Part shown: piece by piece, positions 40,686-50,981 of the stretch
Numbering within the stretch: the stretch's first letter is position 1
How the letters are laid out: every line of letters begins with the position of its first letter
DNA from: Methanomassiliicoccaceae archaeon
GTDB taxonomy: Archaea; Thermoplasmatota; Thermoplasmata; Methanomassiliicoccales; Methanomassiliicoccaceae
Assembly (NCBI GenBank): GCA_963728405.1
Contig: CAVSJV010000002.1
Span: forward strand, 64,001 to 128,000
Reading direction: 5' to 3'
Length of the DNA stretch: 64,000 nt
Notes under the pieces: generated by a model
The model's input: only the letters and a program-made list of their open reading frames with translations
What the model was told of the DNA's origin: nothing
Database searches by the model: none
Position numbers and translations under genes: made by a program

Positions 40686-41159
40686 ATGGACGATACCGAC
40701 CTGAATATCCTGCAGATCCTTAGGGAAAATTCCCGTGACAGCCTGGGGAAGATCTCAGAGCAGCTGGGAATATCCAAGGCTACGGTCTCCCGTCGTTTGA
40801 CCCGGATGGAACAGGAAGGTTACATTTCTGGCTATTCCATAGCCACCAACCCAGCCCGGTTCGGTCTCATGAAGGGAATTATCTCCCTGCAGGTAGTTGG
40901 CACTGCTGTGAACGGGGTCATCGAGCAGCTCAAAGAGAACAAGGAGATCGAGTCGGTCATGAGGGTGTTTGGTGACCACGGTCTGATCTGCGAGGTGTAT
41001 GCTAGCAGCGTTGACTCCCTCTATGCCCTCATCCAGGATCGGATCTTGAAGATACCTAATGTCCGCAACGTGGAAGTGGACATCGTCATCGATCGTATGT
41101 CCATCAATCCGGATGCCGAGTTCGACATGGCCCGCTCCAAGATCGAAGGGCGGAGTTGA
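40686..41159 (+). CDS. Lrp/AsnC-family transcriptional regulator
   Basis: MDDTDLNILQIL.ENSR.S...IS..LGIS.ATV.RR, C-terminal RAM domain. Confidence 0.9.
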   Translation: MDDTDLNILQILRENSRDSLGKISEQLGISKATVSRRLTRMEQEGYISGYSIATNPARFGLMKGIISLQVVGTAVNGVIEQLKENKEIESVMRVFGDHGLICEVYASSVDSLYALIQDRILKIPNVRNVEVDIVIDRMSINPDAEFDMARSKIEGRS

Positions 41160-41993
41160 TCAGTCCCTGATCAACAGGACCCAGCGGTCGTAGAATGTGT
41201 CGCGCTGGTTCTCGGAGATATCTGCTTTCTTCCCCGCGCCTAATGCCCACATCCTTACCAGCTGGGCTTCCTTTTCTGTCTCCACCGTCACCATAGTTTC
41301 CTCGCTCAGGTCCATCAGCTCATGCAGGATGGCCCTCCAAATCAAGGACGTGAAGTCGTTGATGGACCCGGCCATCAGCGCCAGGCCCAGCTCCGTGGGG
41401 CGGATGTAGTGACCCAGCAGGGAAGCGTCGATCCACATGGTTTCCTCGGGATGTAATCTTCCCTTTGAAAGGCCTAGGCTAAGAAGGGTGGGATCGTTAT
41501 CGAAGGCCAGGGGGGTTAGCCCTATCTCCCGGAGTATGGACGCGCCCATGCCTGAACCGCACCCACAGTCCAGGCAGGTGGCCCCCTTTCGATCGCCCCA
41601 GACGTCATCCAGCAAAGACCTGACCAGTGATGCCCTCTCGGCCGAATAGTCCTCCAGGGCCGGGGCAGTGGTCCTTTGGAGGTCCAGAGCATAATACTCC
41701 CTGGTGGCCCTCATCCATTCATCCTGGGTCGTCCTTACTATTTCGCCGTCCAGCTCTTCGAAACGCTCCACGGCGTCGACCACGGGAGTTCGCAAAATAA
41801 AGTTGGTAGCTTTCCACTTACCATCGGTGTGTAATGCCAGGGCTAGGGGCCAATCCTGGTCGTCCACTACTAATCGGGCCTGGTCCGCAACATCTCCTAA
41901 GAGCATGCTGGTAAAGGCCTCATCGGGCAGTACATTGAAGGTTGGCTCGTTGAACTCGACCTCTGGCAGCTCCATGATCTTCAGGATCTTCAT
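41160..41993 (-). CDS. Class I SAM-dependent methyltransferase (candidate MCR-modifying, McmA-like)
   Basis: CLDCGCGSG SAM motif; divergent from ycaO-tfuA. Confidence 0.75.
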   Translation of the reverse strand: MKILKIMELPEVEFNEPTFNVLPDEAFTSMLLGDVADQARLVVDDQDWPLALALHTDGKWKATNFILRTPVVDAVERFEELDGEIVRTTQDEWMRATREYYALDLQRTTAPALEDYSAERASLVRSLLDDVWGDRKGATCLDCGCGSGMGASILREIGLTPLAFDNDPTLLSLGLSKGRLHPEETMWIDASLLGHYIRPTELGLALMAGSINDFTSLIWRAILHELMDLSEETMVTVETEKEAQLVRMWALGAGKKADISENQRDTFYDRWVLLIRD

Positions 41994-42108
41994 AAGGACA
42001 CCCGGCCGCTCAGGAAGAAACGGTCCGCCCTATATTTTTGTTTGCCAATCCGGCCAGGGCCGGGGCGTTTCGAGAAGTTTATTAGCGTTAGAGCGCATGG
42101 CCGCTCCC

Positions 42109-43312
42109 ATGAAGTTGGGCCCCTCCCCCAAGAAGTTCACAACGGACGGGCATAGGACCGTCGACCCTCAGGAAACCCTAAAACGTGTCGAGCCACTGAT
42201 GAAGGTCGCTGGCATCACCAGGGTGGCCGACATCACCGATCTGGACCGCATAGGGATCCCCGTCTTCTCGGCCATCCGCCCTTCTGCCGAGAGCGGTGCC
42301 ATCTCAGTATACAATGGAAAAGGTCTCACTAAGGAGGAGGCAAAGGTCTCAGCCATCATGGAAGGCGTGGAACGCTACTGCGCCGAGGTGAGGGGCTTCA
42401 ACATCGTTCGCAAGGGTGCCGAGGAGTTCTTGGCCTCTCATAATGCGGTCAACCCATTGGACCTGATCCTGACCCCGGCCTCGGCGTTCCACCTCTCCAG
42501 GCAGCCAGTAGGGTGGACCAAGGGCTTTGAGCTCAACATGATGGAGGACATATGGGTGCCAGCCAGCGCGGTATTCCATCCTTATGTGTCCAAGCTAGAT
42601 ATGGCCCTTTTCCGGACATCGACCAATGGTCTGGCCTCGGGAAATAACCTGGAAGAGGCGGTCTTCCATGGCCTGTGCGAGGTCATCGAGCGTGACGCCT
42701 GGTCCCTAGCCGAAGGCCGGCGCAAGATCAACGGCGACATCGAGCTTCCCGAAAGTGGCATGGTCAAAAGCTTGGTTGATAAGTTCACCTCAAAAGGCAT
42801 CGAGGTACATCTCAAGAATTTGACCTCTGATATCGGCGTATGCACTATAGCCGCTGCGGCCGACGACAGTGGTCATGCAGGACCCGGCATTGCTGACGCT
42901 GGGGATCGGCACGCATCTCAACCCCGAGGTCGCGGCGTTGAAGGCCCTCTTAGAAGTTGCGCAGAGCCGCCTCACCCAGATTCACGGTGCCAGGGAGGAT
43001 ACGGTCCGAGGGGAGCACAGCAGGAAGCTCGGGTACGAGCGCATGAAGCGCATCAACAAGCTGTGGTTGACCGAGAACGGGCCGTTGGTGAAACTAGAGG
43101 ACCTCCCCCGCGCGGACACTGATGATATCTTTGACGACCTTCAGGTCGTCCGTTCCAAGCTTAACGCCCGAGGACTGAACCGTACGGTGGTCGTCGATCT
43201 CACCCGGAAAGAGCTGGGCATCCCTGTAGTAAGGGTCATTGTGCCCGGCCTGGAGGTCTTTGCCATCGATGAGGACCGTGTCGGGCCGCGAATGATGGGA
43301 GGAATGGCCTGA
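42109..43312 (+). CDS. ycaO: YcaO McrA-glycine thioamidation enzyme (extra A near 42868)
   Basis: GITRVADITDLDRIGIPV, YNGKG, SAIMEGVER, STNGLASGN, EVIERD, EVAQSR, PVVRVIVPGLE. Confidence 0.92.
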
Positions 43313-43953
43313 GGCCAGTGATCTTCCTTGGCCCCAGCCTTCCCCGGGAGGAGGCCATGGCCGTGTTGGACGCCGACTATCGTCCTCCTGTAAAAAGGGG
43401 CGACCTTGCGTCGATCCCCACAGAGGTCGAGGTCGTGGGCATTGTGGACGGCGTCCTGCTGAATGATGCGGCGGTCGGGCATCGGGAGATATTGGCACTG
43501 CTCGATAGGGGGGTGAAAGTCCTCGGGGCAGGTAGCATGGGAGCTTTGCGAGCGGCGGAATTGGCCGATTTCGGCATGGTAGGTATCGGCCGGATATTCG
43601 AGGAATATGTCTCCGGACGTGTAGAAGGCGATGACGAGGTCGTCCTATCTTATGACCCTTTCACTCTACTCCCCCTCTCCGAGCCGCTCATCAATATCCG
43701 ATTAAACCTGGAAAAAGCTAGAGAAAAGGGGGCGATCGGTCCCGAGACCGAAAAAGCCTTATTGATCGAAATGAAGACGGTATTCTACCCTCGAAGAAAC
43801 TTCTCACTGTTAATTGAAATGGCAGAGAGAATATCGGAAAAAAAAGAGGCTCAAAAATTGAAAAATTTCCTTCGAGACGAGGCCGAAGATTTCAAGCAAA
43901 AAGACGCACTTTTTTTACTAAAGGCCGTTAAACAAATCACTTGTATTTGTTAA
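43309..43953 (+). CDS. tfuA: TfuA, YcaO partner (start CTG 43309 or GTG 43318)
   Basis: IFLGPSL, PPVKRGD, DGV, HREI, SMGALRAAEL, DDEV. Confidence 0.93.
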   Translation: MRPVIFLGPSLPREEAMAVLDADYRPPVKRGDLASIPTEVEVVGIVDGVLLNDAAVGHREILALLDRGVKVLGAGSMGALRAAELADFGMVGIGRIFEEYVSGRVEGDDEVVLSYDPFTLLPLSEPLINIRLNLEKAREKGAIGPETEKALLIEMKTVFYPRRNFSLLIEMAERISEKKEAQKLKNFLRDEAEDFKQKDALFLLKAVKQITCIC

Positions 43954-44021
43954 AAATTAACCAATGTTAAGAAAAATTGGAACATGCTGGCTACTTTCAA
44001 AAAATCACGATTGTTTACGCT

Positions 44022-44054
44022 GGTTGGATTATCCATCCAGCAGCATGTTTATAT
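44022..44054 (+). promoter_or_regulatory. Palindrome GGTTGG-ATTAT-CCATCC, 9-nt spacer, TATA box (TTTATAT) of mcr operon
   Basis: Site 44022-44038 flanked by GCT/AGC; TATA at 44048. Confidence 0.7.
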
Positions 44055-44074
44055 GCCCTTCTCTACTTACTAGG

Positions 44075-44196
44075 CTCCGCAAGGGGATTCGATTTTCATC
44101 GTAAGGGTCTAAGCTCAAGCGATGGGAATCAAGAAATATTTAGCTCGGTCGGGGGGACTCTGCCGGGTGAGGAAAAGATATCAAGGAGGTAGAAAT
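44075..44196 (+). promoter_or_regulatory. Structured mcrB 5' leader with RBS AGGAGGT
   Basis: Three hairpins (44075-44086, 44091-44130, 44143-44168); RBS 44184-44190. Confidence 0.5.
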
Positions 44197-45516
44197 TTGG
44201 CGAAATACAAGGACAAGATAGACTTGTACGACGACCGGGGTAAGCTCATCGAGAAGGATGTACCCCTCGAGGCTATTAGCCCGTTGAACAACCCCGCCGT
44301 ACAGAAGATTGCATCCTTGGCTAAGAGGACCATCGCCGTGGACATGACCGGACTTGAGAAGTCTCTCAAGAGCGGACGTGTCGGCGGTGGCTACATCAAG
44401 GGCAAGGAGATCAACGCCGATGTCGTCGCGAACGCAGAGAAGCTCGCGAAGAGGGTCCGGGATATCCTGAAGGTCGAAAAGGATGATGACACTGATGTAA
44501 GGGTCATCATGGAAGGGAAGAGGATGATCGTCATCGTTCCCTCCGGTAGACTCGACGCCGGTGTTGAATACACCACCGGTTTCACCGCTGCAGCCGCTGC
44601 GGTCACCCAGGCCGTCATTGACGAATTCGACGTAGACATGTTCCGCGCGAACATGGTAAAGGGTGCTGTTTGGGGCAGATATCCCCAGAGTTTGAACTTC
44701 CTGGGAGCTAACCTGAAGTCCATTCTCGAAGTGCCGCAGAACAACGAAGGCGCCGGTTATGCCCTGAGAAATATCATGGCGAACCACCTGGTTGCTCTGT
44801 CGAGCAAGAATTCGATGAACGCAGCTGCTCTATCCTCGATCTTTGAGCAGACCGCTATGTTCGAGCTCGGTGACGCTGTCGGGCCGTTCGAGAGGTACCA
44901 CCTCTTGGGCCTAGCCTACCAGGGACTGAACGCGAACAACATGGTCGTTGACCTCGTAAAGGAGAATGGCAAGACCGGAACCGTCGGCACTGTCGTCGAG
45001 TCCCTGGTCTCCCGTGCCATCGAAGACAAGGTCATCAAGGTCAAGGAGAAGCTGCCGTCCGGATACAAGGTGTACACCACCAACGACTTCCCGTTGTGGA
45101 ACGCGTACGCTGCGGCCGGTATGCTTGCTGCCAACATGGTCAACATTGGTGCCGCCAGGGCTTCCCAGGCTGTTCCTGCGACCATCCTGTACTATAACGA
45201 CCTGCTCGAGCATGAGACTGGACTGCCAAGCGTTGACTTTGGGCGTGCGATGGGTGTTGCCGTCGGTATGTCTTTCTTCAGCCACTCTATCTATGGAGGC
45301 GGCGGGCCTGGTCTGTTCCACGGTAACCACGTCGTGACCAAGCACTCCAAGGGCTTTGTCATCCCGTGTATCGCCGCAGCCTGCTCTCTGGATGCCGGTA
45401 CTCAGATGTTCTCCCCGGAGAACACCTCGTCCCTCGTTAGGGATGTATTCGGCGACATTCCCGAGTTCAGGGCCCCGCTGAAGGCCGTCGGTAAGGAGGC
45501 AAAGAAGCTGAAGTAA
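44197..45516 (+). CDS. mcrB: Methyl-coenzyme M reductase beta subunit (TTG start)
   Basis: [43 protein letters not shown]. Confidence 0.98.
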   Translation: MAKYKDKIDLYDDRGKLIEKDVPLEAISPLNNPAVQKIASLAKRTIAVDMTGLEKSLKSGRVGGGYIKGKEINADVVANAEKLAKRVRDILKVEKDDDTDVRVIMEGKRMIVIVPSGRLDAGVEYTTGFTAAAAAVTQAVIDEFDVDMFRANMVKGAVWGRYPQSLNFLGANLKSILEVPQNNEGAGYALRNIMANHLVALSSKNSMNAAALSSIFEQTAMFELGDAVGPFERYHLLGLAYQGLNANNMVVDLVKENGKTGTVGTVVESLVSRAIEDKVIKVKEKLPSGYKVYTTNDFPLWNAYAAAGMLAANMVNIGAARASQAVPATILYYNDLLEHETGLPSVDFGRAMGVAVGMSFFSHSIYGGGGPGLFHGNHVVTKHSKGFVIPCIAAACSLDAGTQMFSPENTSSLVRDVFGDIPEFRAPLKAVGKEAKKLK

Positions 45517-45532
45517 GCGGTCTGGTGGCTTG

Positions 45533-45955
45533 ATGAACAGTACTGACAAACCTGAAGCAGTTCCGTTGCCGGAGATTCTAATATTCCCTAACAGGTTGCT
45601 CAAGGCCGAAACGACCGAGACGCTCCTGAACAAGGTATATGAGGTCCCCCACGTAAGGCAGGTCAACATCGCTGGCGAAGGATTGCCGGCAGTGCTTGGC
45701 TCTGGCCCCGGTAAGGGACTTCCGAACGAGCACCCTGAACGCAGGGTAATCACAGTGAAAGGAAAGCAAGTGGAGCTGCGTCTGCTCGTGGGACGGGTGT
45801 TTGTCGAGATCGACGACATTGATCACGTGCAGCAGGCACTGGAGGACATCGAGAAAATTTGTATCGAGGTCCTTCCGTTCGGCTTCAATCTTGAAGTAGG
45901 CCGGTACTCGAAGTACAAGCCAACTGTGACCGATTACGCAAAAGGCAAGAGGTAA
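45533..45955 (+). CDS. mcrD: MCR operon protein D
   Basis: [30 protein letters not shown]. Confidence 0.94.
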   Translation: MNSTDKPEAVPLPEILIFPNRLLKAETTETLLNKVYEVPHVRQVNIAGEGLPAVLGSGPGKGLPNEHPERRVITVKGKQVELRLLVGRVFVEIDDIDHVQQALEDIEKICIEVLPFGFNLEVGRYSKYKPTVTDYAKGKR

Positions 45956-45960
45956 TTACT

Positions 45961-46734
45961 ATGGCATACCAGAGACAATTCTATCCCGGATCGAGCCAGG
46001 TCGCCCAGAACAGGCGCCGCTACATGGACCCTTCCCAGAAGCTGAAGAAGCTCAGGGACATCTCCATGGATGACGTCGTTAGGATCATGGGCCACAGGGC
46101 TCCTGGAGAAGATTACAAGAGCATCCACCCGCCACTGGAGGAGGGCAACGAGCCGGATGACCTCATCCGCAAGTTGGTCGTCCCCATCGAGGGTGCAAAG
46201 AAGGGAGACAGAATCAGATACATCCAGTTCACCGACTCGGTGTACTTCGCTCCGATGGTACCGTACCTGAGGGCCTGGATGTACATGACCAGGATGCGCG
46301 GCTTCGACACCGGTACCCTTTCCGGCAGACAGATCATCGAAATGAGGGAGAGGGACCTCGAGAAGGTAGCGAAGGAGCTCATCGACAACGAGACCTTTGA
46401 CCCCGCAAAGACCGGTATCAGAGGCGCCACTGTGCACGGGCACGCCTGCAGGCTTGACGAGAACGGCCTGATGTTCGATGCCTGGCAGAGGTACCGCTGG
46501 AACGCCAAGAAGGGAGAGGTCGAGTACACGAAGGACCAGGTAGCTATCCCACTGGACAAGCCTATCTCTGTAGGCAAGCCACTGTCCGATGCTGACCTGA
46601 AGAAGATGACCACCATCTTCAGAGTAGATGGCGTTGACATGAGGGACGACCCTGAAGTCATGGCCTTAAACCTGAGGATCCACAGGCTCAGGACCCTATG
46701 CGGGTTCCAGTCCTACGCGGTCAAGGGGGAGTAA
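45961..46734 (+). CDS. mcrG: Methyl-coenzyme M reductase gamma subunit
   Basis: [38 protein letters not shown]. Confidence 0.98.
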   Translation: MAYQRQFYPGSSQVAQNRRRYMDPSQKLKKLRDISMDDVVRIMGHRAPGEDYKSIHPPLEEGNEPDDLIRKLVVPIEGAKKGDRIRYIQFTDSVYFAPMVPYLRAWMYMTRMRGFDTGTLSGRQIIEMRERDLEKVAKELIDNETFDPAKTGIRGATVHGHACRLDENGLMFDAWQRYRWNAKKGEVEYTKDQVAIPLDKPISVGKPLSDADLKKMTTIFRVDGVDMRDDPEVMALNLRIHRLRTLCGFQSYAVKGE

Positions 46735-46737
46735 ACA

Positions 46738-48402
46738 ATGGCAAAGGAAAAGGACAAGTTGTTCTTGGACGCAATGAAGAAGAAGTTCAAGGAGGCCCCG
46801 ACTGAGGTCAACACTCACTACTACACCTTTGGTGGCTGGAAGCAGTCCAAGAGGAAGAGAGAGTGGGTTGAGCAGGCCAACAAGATCGCCAAGGCCCGTG
46901 GCATCCCGATGATGAACCAGGACATTGGTGTTCCTCTCGGCCAGCGTGTCTTGATGCCCTACCAGCTGTCTCACACCGACATCTACGCTGAGGCTGATGA
47001 CCTGCACTTCGTCAACAACGCCGCTATGCAGCAGGCGTGGGATGATATCCGCAGGACCGTCATCTCTGGTCTGGACACCGCTCACCAGGTTATCGAGAAG
47101 AGGCTGGGCAAGGAAGTTACTCCTGAGACCATCAACCACTACCTCGAGACCGTGAACCACGCTATGCCCGGTGGCGCAGTCGTGCAGGAGCACATGGCCG
47201 AGTGCAGCCCCGCCCTAACCGCGGACTGCTATGTGAAGGTCTTCTCCGGCGATGACGAGCTCATCAGCCAGATCGACAAGCGCTTCGTGATCGACATCAA
47301 CAAGGAGTTCCCGAAGGACCAGGCCAAGCAGCTGAAGGACGCTATTGGCAAGTCCCTGTGGCAGAAGGTCGCGTGCCCGACCATCGTCGGCCGTGTCTGC
47401 GACGGCGGTACTATGTCCCGGTGGAGCGCCATGCAGATCTCGATGTCGTTCATCAGCGCGTACCGGCTAGCTGCCGGTGAGGCCGCCATCGCGGACTTCG
47501 CCTTCGCTGCCAAGCACGCGTCGGTCGTAGAGATGGGTACCATGATGCCCGCCAGGCGTGCACGTGGCCCCAACGAGCCCGGTGGAATTCCATTCGGGTT
47601 CCTGGCCGATATGGTCCAGTCCTACCGTACCCACCCTGACGACCCTGGCAGGGCTGCCCTGGAAACCGTCGCTCTCGGCGCGGTCATCCTGGACCAGATC
47701 TACCTCGGGTCGTACATGTCCGGCGGTGTCGGATTCACCCAGTACGCTACTGCGGCCTACACCGACGACATCCTGGAAGACTACACCTACTGGGCCCTTG
47801 ACCTGATCAAGACCAAGTATGGTGGGCTGTGCAAGAGCAAGCCTTCCATGGAACTGATGGACAAGCTCGGAACTGAGGTCAACTCCTATGCGCTGGAAAT
47901 GTATGAGAGGTACCCGTCTGCGATGGAAGCCCACTTCGGTGGCTCCCAGCGTGCGACCGTTGCCGCCGCCGCCACTGGTATCGCTTGCGCGATGGCCACT
48001 GGTAACGCCGACTTCGGTGTCAACGGCTGGTATCTGTCAATGATGCAGCACAAGGAAAGGCACGGCCGCCTAGGCTTCTACGGGTACGACCTGCAGGACC
48101 AATGCGGTGCAGCCAACTCGTTCTCCTACAGGAGCGACGAGGGCCTGCCCTTCGAGCTCAGGGGCCCGAACTACCCCAACTACGCCATGAACGTCGGTCA
48201 CCTGTCCGGATACGCCGGCATAGCGGCAGCCTCTCACGCGGCCCGCGGCGACGCTTTCGCCTGCAGCCCGCTGATCAAGGTCGCCTTCGCCGACAAGAAC
48301 ATGCCGTTCGACTTCGGAAACATCACGAAGGAGTTCGGCCGTGGCGCCCTCAGGGAGTTCATGCCTGCTGGCGAAAGGTCCGTAATCATCCCCGCTCAGT
48401 GA
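46738..48402 (+). CDS. mcrA: Methyl-coenzyme M reductase alpha subunit
   Basis: [55 protein letters not shown]. Confidence 0.99.
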   Translation: MAKEKDKLFLDAMKKKFKEAPTEVNTHYYTFGGWKQSKRKREWVEQANKIAKARGIPMMNQDIGVPLGQRVLMPYQLSHTDIYAEADDLHFVNNAAMQQAWDDIRRTVISGLDTAHQVIEKRLGKEVTPETINHYLETVNHAMPGGAVVQEHMAECSPALTADCYVKVFSGDDELISQIDKRFVIDINKEFPKDQAKQLKDAIGKSLWQKVACPTIVGRVCDGGTMSRWSAMQISMSFISAYRLAAGEAAIADFAFAAKHASVVEMGTMMPARRARGPNEPGGIPFGFLADMVQSYRTHPDDPGRAALETVALGAVILDQIYLGSYMSGGVGFTQYATAAYTDDILEDYTYWALDLIKTKYGGLCKSKPSMELMDKLGTEVNSYALEMYERYPSAMEAHFGGSQRATVAAAATGIACAMATGNADFGVNGWYLSMMQHKERHGRLGFYGYDLQDQCGAANSFSYRSDEGLPFELRGPNYPNYAMNVGHLSGYAGIAAASHAARGDAFACSPLIKVAFADKNMPFDFGNITKEFGRGALREFMPAGERSVIIPAQ

Positions 48403-48406
48403 GCCC

Positions 48407-48685
48407 ATGATCGTCGGTGACATCGTAAAGTACAGAAACACCGGGACGGTAGGAAAGATAGTGGAAATCATGGAAGAAGGAAAGGTGGTCTGGGCACTCC
48501 TGGACACCTCAAACCTCTTCTATGATTCGACCGCTCTCGATCTGGCCAATCCGGACGAGTACCACGGTGCCGCCGAACGTGAAAAGGGCTTGAGGGACCA
48601 ACTGGAGGACATCAACCGTCTCCGCGAGGAAATGGCGGAGATGGCCGAAAAAGCCTCCAAGATAACTCCCTCAGGCGCGGGTTAG
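48407..48685 (+). CDS. DUF2098-family methanogen protein
   Basis: VGDIVKYRNTGTVGKI...W..LD...L.Y; directly after mcrA. Confidence 0.82.
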   Translation: MIVGDIVKYRNTGTVGKIVEIMEEGKVVWALLDTSNLFYDSTALDLANPDEYHGAAEREKGLRDQLEDINRLREEMAEMAEKASKITPSGAG

Positions 48686-48851
48686 GACCTTCGGGCTAAC
48701 TAACAAACCCCTTCCCTTCACATTTTTCTAGATTCTTTGAGGGGCGGAGCCATCGCACTAAGGGGCCATGGCTGAAACATGTTGTCTATGAAATTAGAAT
48801 AGAGTGTAATTTATTATTTGCTTTTTTATTAATCCGCTCTCGAGAATAAAC

Positions 48852-49492
48852 ATGGATGAGGGTCAGCGAACTGAAGGTAATGGGGGCAAGGGAAAGGGGA
48901 GAACCATCATCTCGATCATCGCCGTCGTGGCCGTAGTGGCCATAATACATGACCGCGGTCATTCTTTCCGGCCTGAACAGCACAGCGGGATCGAATGATA
49001 AAGACAGGCTGATAACCAAAGCGAACGCGGACCTGGTCATCGGCCTCAATGATCTGTCTCCGGGGTGGGTGGTCGATATCACCTACAGGCCGGATACCGA
49101 TGTGCACGAAGATAATGTCACAGCAGGCGTCGCCAGGTACAACCACACCACCTCCACCGACCCCCTCATGATGGAGTTCGTCACCATACAGATTTATCGG
49201 GTCAACACAACAGAGAATGCCACTGATGTGTTCGCTCAGATCTTCGCGAACGCTGGTTGGCACATGTGGCAGGCCGTGCCCCTTACCACCGTCGGGAACT
49301 GTCAGTGTCGGTGACGAAGGAGTCCTCTGCAGCGGCAATTGGACCGGCAGCCACGCCGCGATCAAGACCCTGGTGTTCAGGGAGAACAACGTCATTGTGC
49401 TCATGGTCTACGAGGCCACTGAGAACATGAACCTGTCCGACGAGGCCGTGATCGAGCTGGCTACTAAGCAGGACGCCAAACTATTGAGCTGA
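48852..49492 (+). CDS. Membrane-anchored extracellular protein (1-nt insertions near 48948 and 49295)
   Basis: MDEGQRT...RTIISIIAVVAVVAII joins MTAVIL..; C-terminal VGDEG...FRENNVIV..V..LATKQ. Confidence 0.6.
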
Positions 49493-49578
49493 ACGACGAG
49501 GGGGTGGCTATGGCCACCCTGCCTTCTCTTATCAAGTTCTCGGCGTTGTCAGATATACCTTCGCCCGGTGAGATATGC

Positions 49579-50136
49579 TCAGCAGATTTTCTCATCGGCG
49601 TCAAAGCCGATGAGTATCGATGCCAGCTTGGGGTCGTCCTCGAAACCATGCATCTCGCGGAGCATCATATCGGCCGGAGCGGAAGGAGAGCATGAGACAA
49701 CGTTCTTCATCCCCATCTCGGTGACCTCGGGGAACGATACTGGAGGCATGACAAAGAATTCCCGCTCTTTGCCCTTCCTTTCAGGATACATGACGAACTC
49801 CTCGGACAGCCAGATGATCTCTTCCTTGTTGGTGGCGAGGAACTCCTTCATCCGGTTGGGCAAGACCTCTTCTCCCAGGACGATACCGTCATCGGAGAGG
49901 AGCATGACTGTGGGCTCGGGCGGGGGCCGAAAGCTCGCTTTCTTGATGATGCAAACTACATACTTGCGTTCGAGGCACTTCTCCACGCCCATATTGATGA
50001 CAGGGATCCCGAGTGTTGCCTTGATGTCCTTCTCGATGTCCACTATCTTGGAACGGCAGGAATCGCTGAGAGGAAAGACATGTATCGTGCCCTTCATCTC
50101 CTTGAGCCTGGCAACCACGTCGCTCATCTTAGCCAT
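49579..50136 (-). CDS. Uncharacterised protein, paralog of 54312-54878
   Basis: Co-linear similarity: NMGV..CL.R, GIVLGEEV.P, LSEEFVMYP, V.SCSPS...D, LIGFD. Confidence 0.8.
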   Translation of the reverse strand: MAKMSDVVARLKEMKGTIHVFPLSDSCRSKIVDIEKDIKATLGIPVINMGVEKCLERKYVVCIIKKASFRPPPEPTVMLLSDDGIVLGEEVLPNRMKEFLATNKEEIIWLSEEFVMYPERKGKEREFFVMPPVSFPEVTEMGMKNVVSCSPSAPADMMLREMHGFEDDPKLASILIGFDADEKIC

Positions 50137-50257
50137 ATATGCGTGGTGAGAGCATAAGTTGTAATAAATCTAACCACCGTCCGCAAGAACGAAGTACCAG
50201 AAAGTACGGCCCAAAAGAGAGCTAGGATTTTATATCGCTTCAGCCGGTGCCCCCGAC

Positions 50258-50560
50258 ATGAGCCTTTCCCTGATCGCCAAGCAGCAGCCCCAAGCTATAA
50301 CAAAGCTATACAAGCTGAAGCATGAGGTCTTCCAGGACGGGGCCCTGACGTCCAAAGAAAAGGAGATCATCGCCGTATCCCTGTCCTGCGTGCTCAAATG
50401 CGAGACTTGTCTGGAAACTCATGTCAAGTCAGCCAAGGACCTCGGTGCGACAAGGGACGAGCTTAGAGAGGCCATGCTTGTGGCGATGTACCTGGCCGGT
50501 CCGACCGCGTTAGTGTGGAGCCCCAAGATCGATGAGGCTCTGGCCGATGACCTTGAATGA
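50258..50560 (+). CDS. Carboxymuconolactone decarboxylase/AhpD-like protein
   Basis: DGALTSKEKEIIA, CETCLETH, GATRDEL.EA. Confidence 0.88.
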   Translation: MSLSLIAKQQPQAITKLYKLKHEVFQDGALTSKEKEIIAVSLSCVLKCETCLETHVKSAKDLGATRDELREAMLVAMYLAGPTALVWSPKIDEALADDLE

Positions 50561-50574
50561 CGAAGGTCACCCGT

Positions 50575-50916
50575 TCAGCAATCGAAGTCAAATTTAACGC
50601 TTCTCTTCAGTCCGAACCCCGCGGCGGCCTCGGCCGACTTGATCAGGGCCGAAGGAATGGGACATGCGGAATGAGCCAGAACCTTGCCGCAGGCCTCGTA
50701 GACCGGATTGGCGGAGAACGGCATTTTGAGCGCGTCGAATGGGCTGAGATCGTCCGTCAGTTCGTCCCTGAGCTTCTTGACATGAGGGCAATCGGAGGAG
50801 ATGTCGAAGTGGATGGAGCCATCAACGTAGGTGGCGGTTATCCTGGTCCGAAACCTGCAGACGCCGGGGTCCACAGTTAAGCATACCTGTCCGGAACCTT
50901 CATTGACCGAGGACAT
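50575..50916 (-). CDS. Small Cys/His-conserved protein (DUF6951-like)
   Basis: VDPGVCRF.T.I, I.SDCPH, HSACPIP..LIK.AE. Confidence 0.65.
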   Translation of the reverse strand: MSSVNEGSGQVCLTVDPGVCRFRTRITATYVDGSIHFDISSDCPHVKKLRDELTDDLSPFDALKMPFSANPVYEACGKVLAHSACPIPSALIKSAEAAAGFGLKRSVKFDFDC

Positions 50917-50981
50917 GGAGGGGCAATGCGGCATGGCGCTTCTTAACTCTTTCTGATTTCCGTTCAGGGTTCTCCAGGCAC

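Noticed and set aside
46738-48402. Divergent alkyl-CoM reductase
   Set aside because: Active-site motifs GVGFTQY, GGSQR and LGFYG are canonical methane-type.
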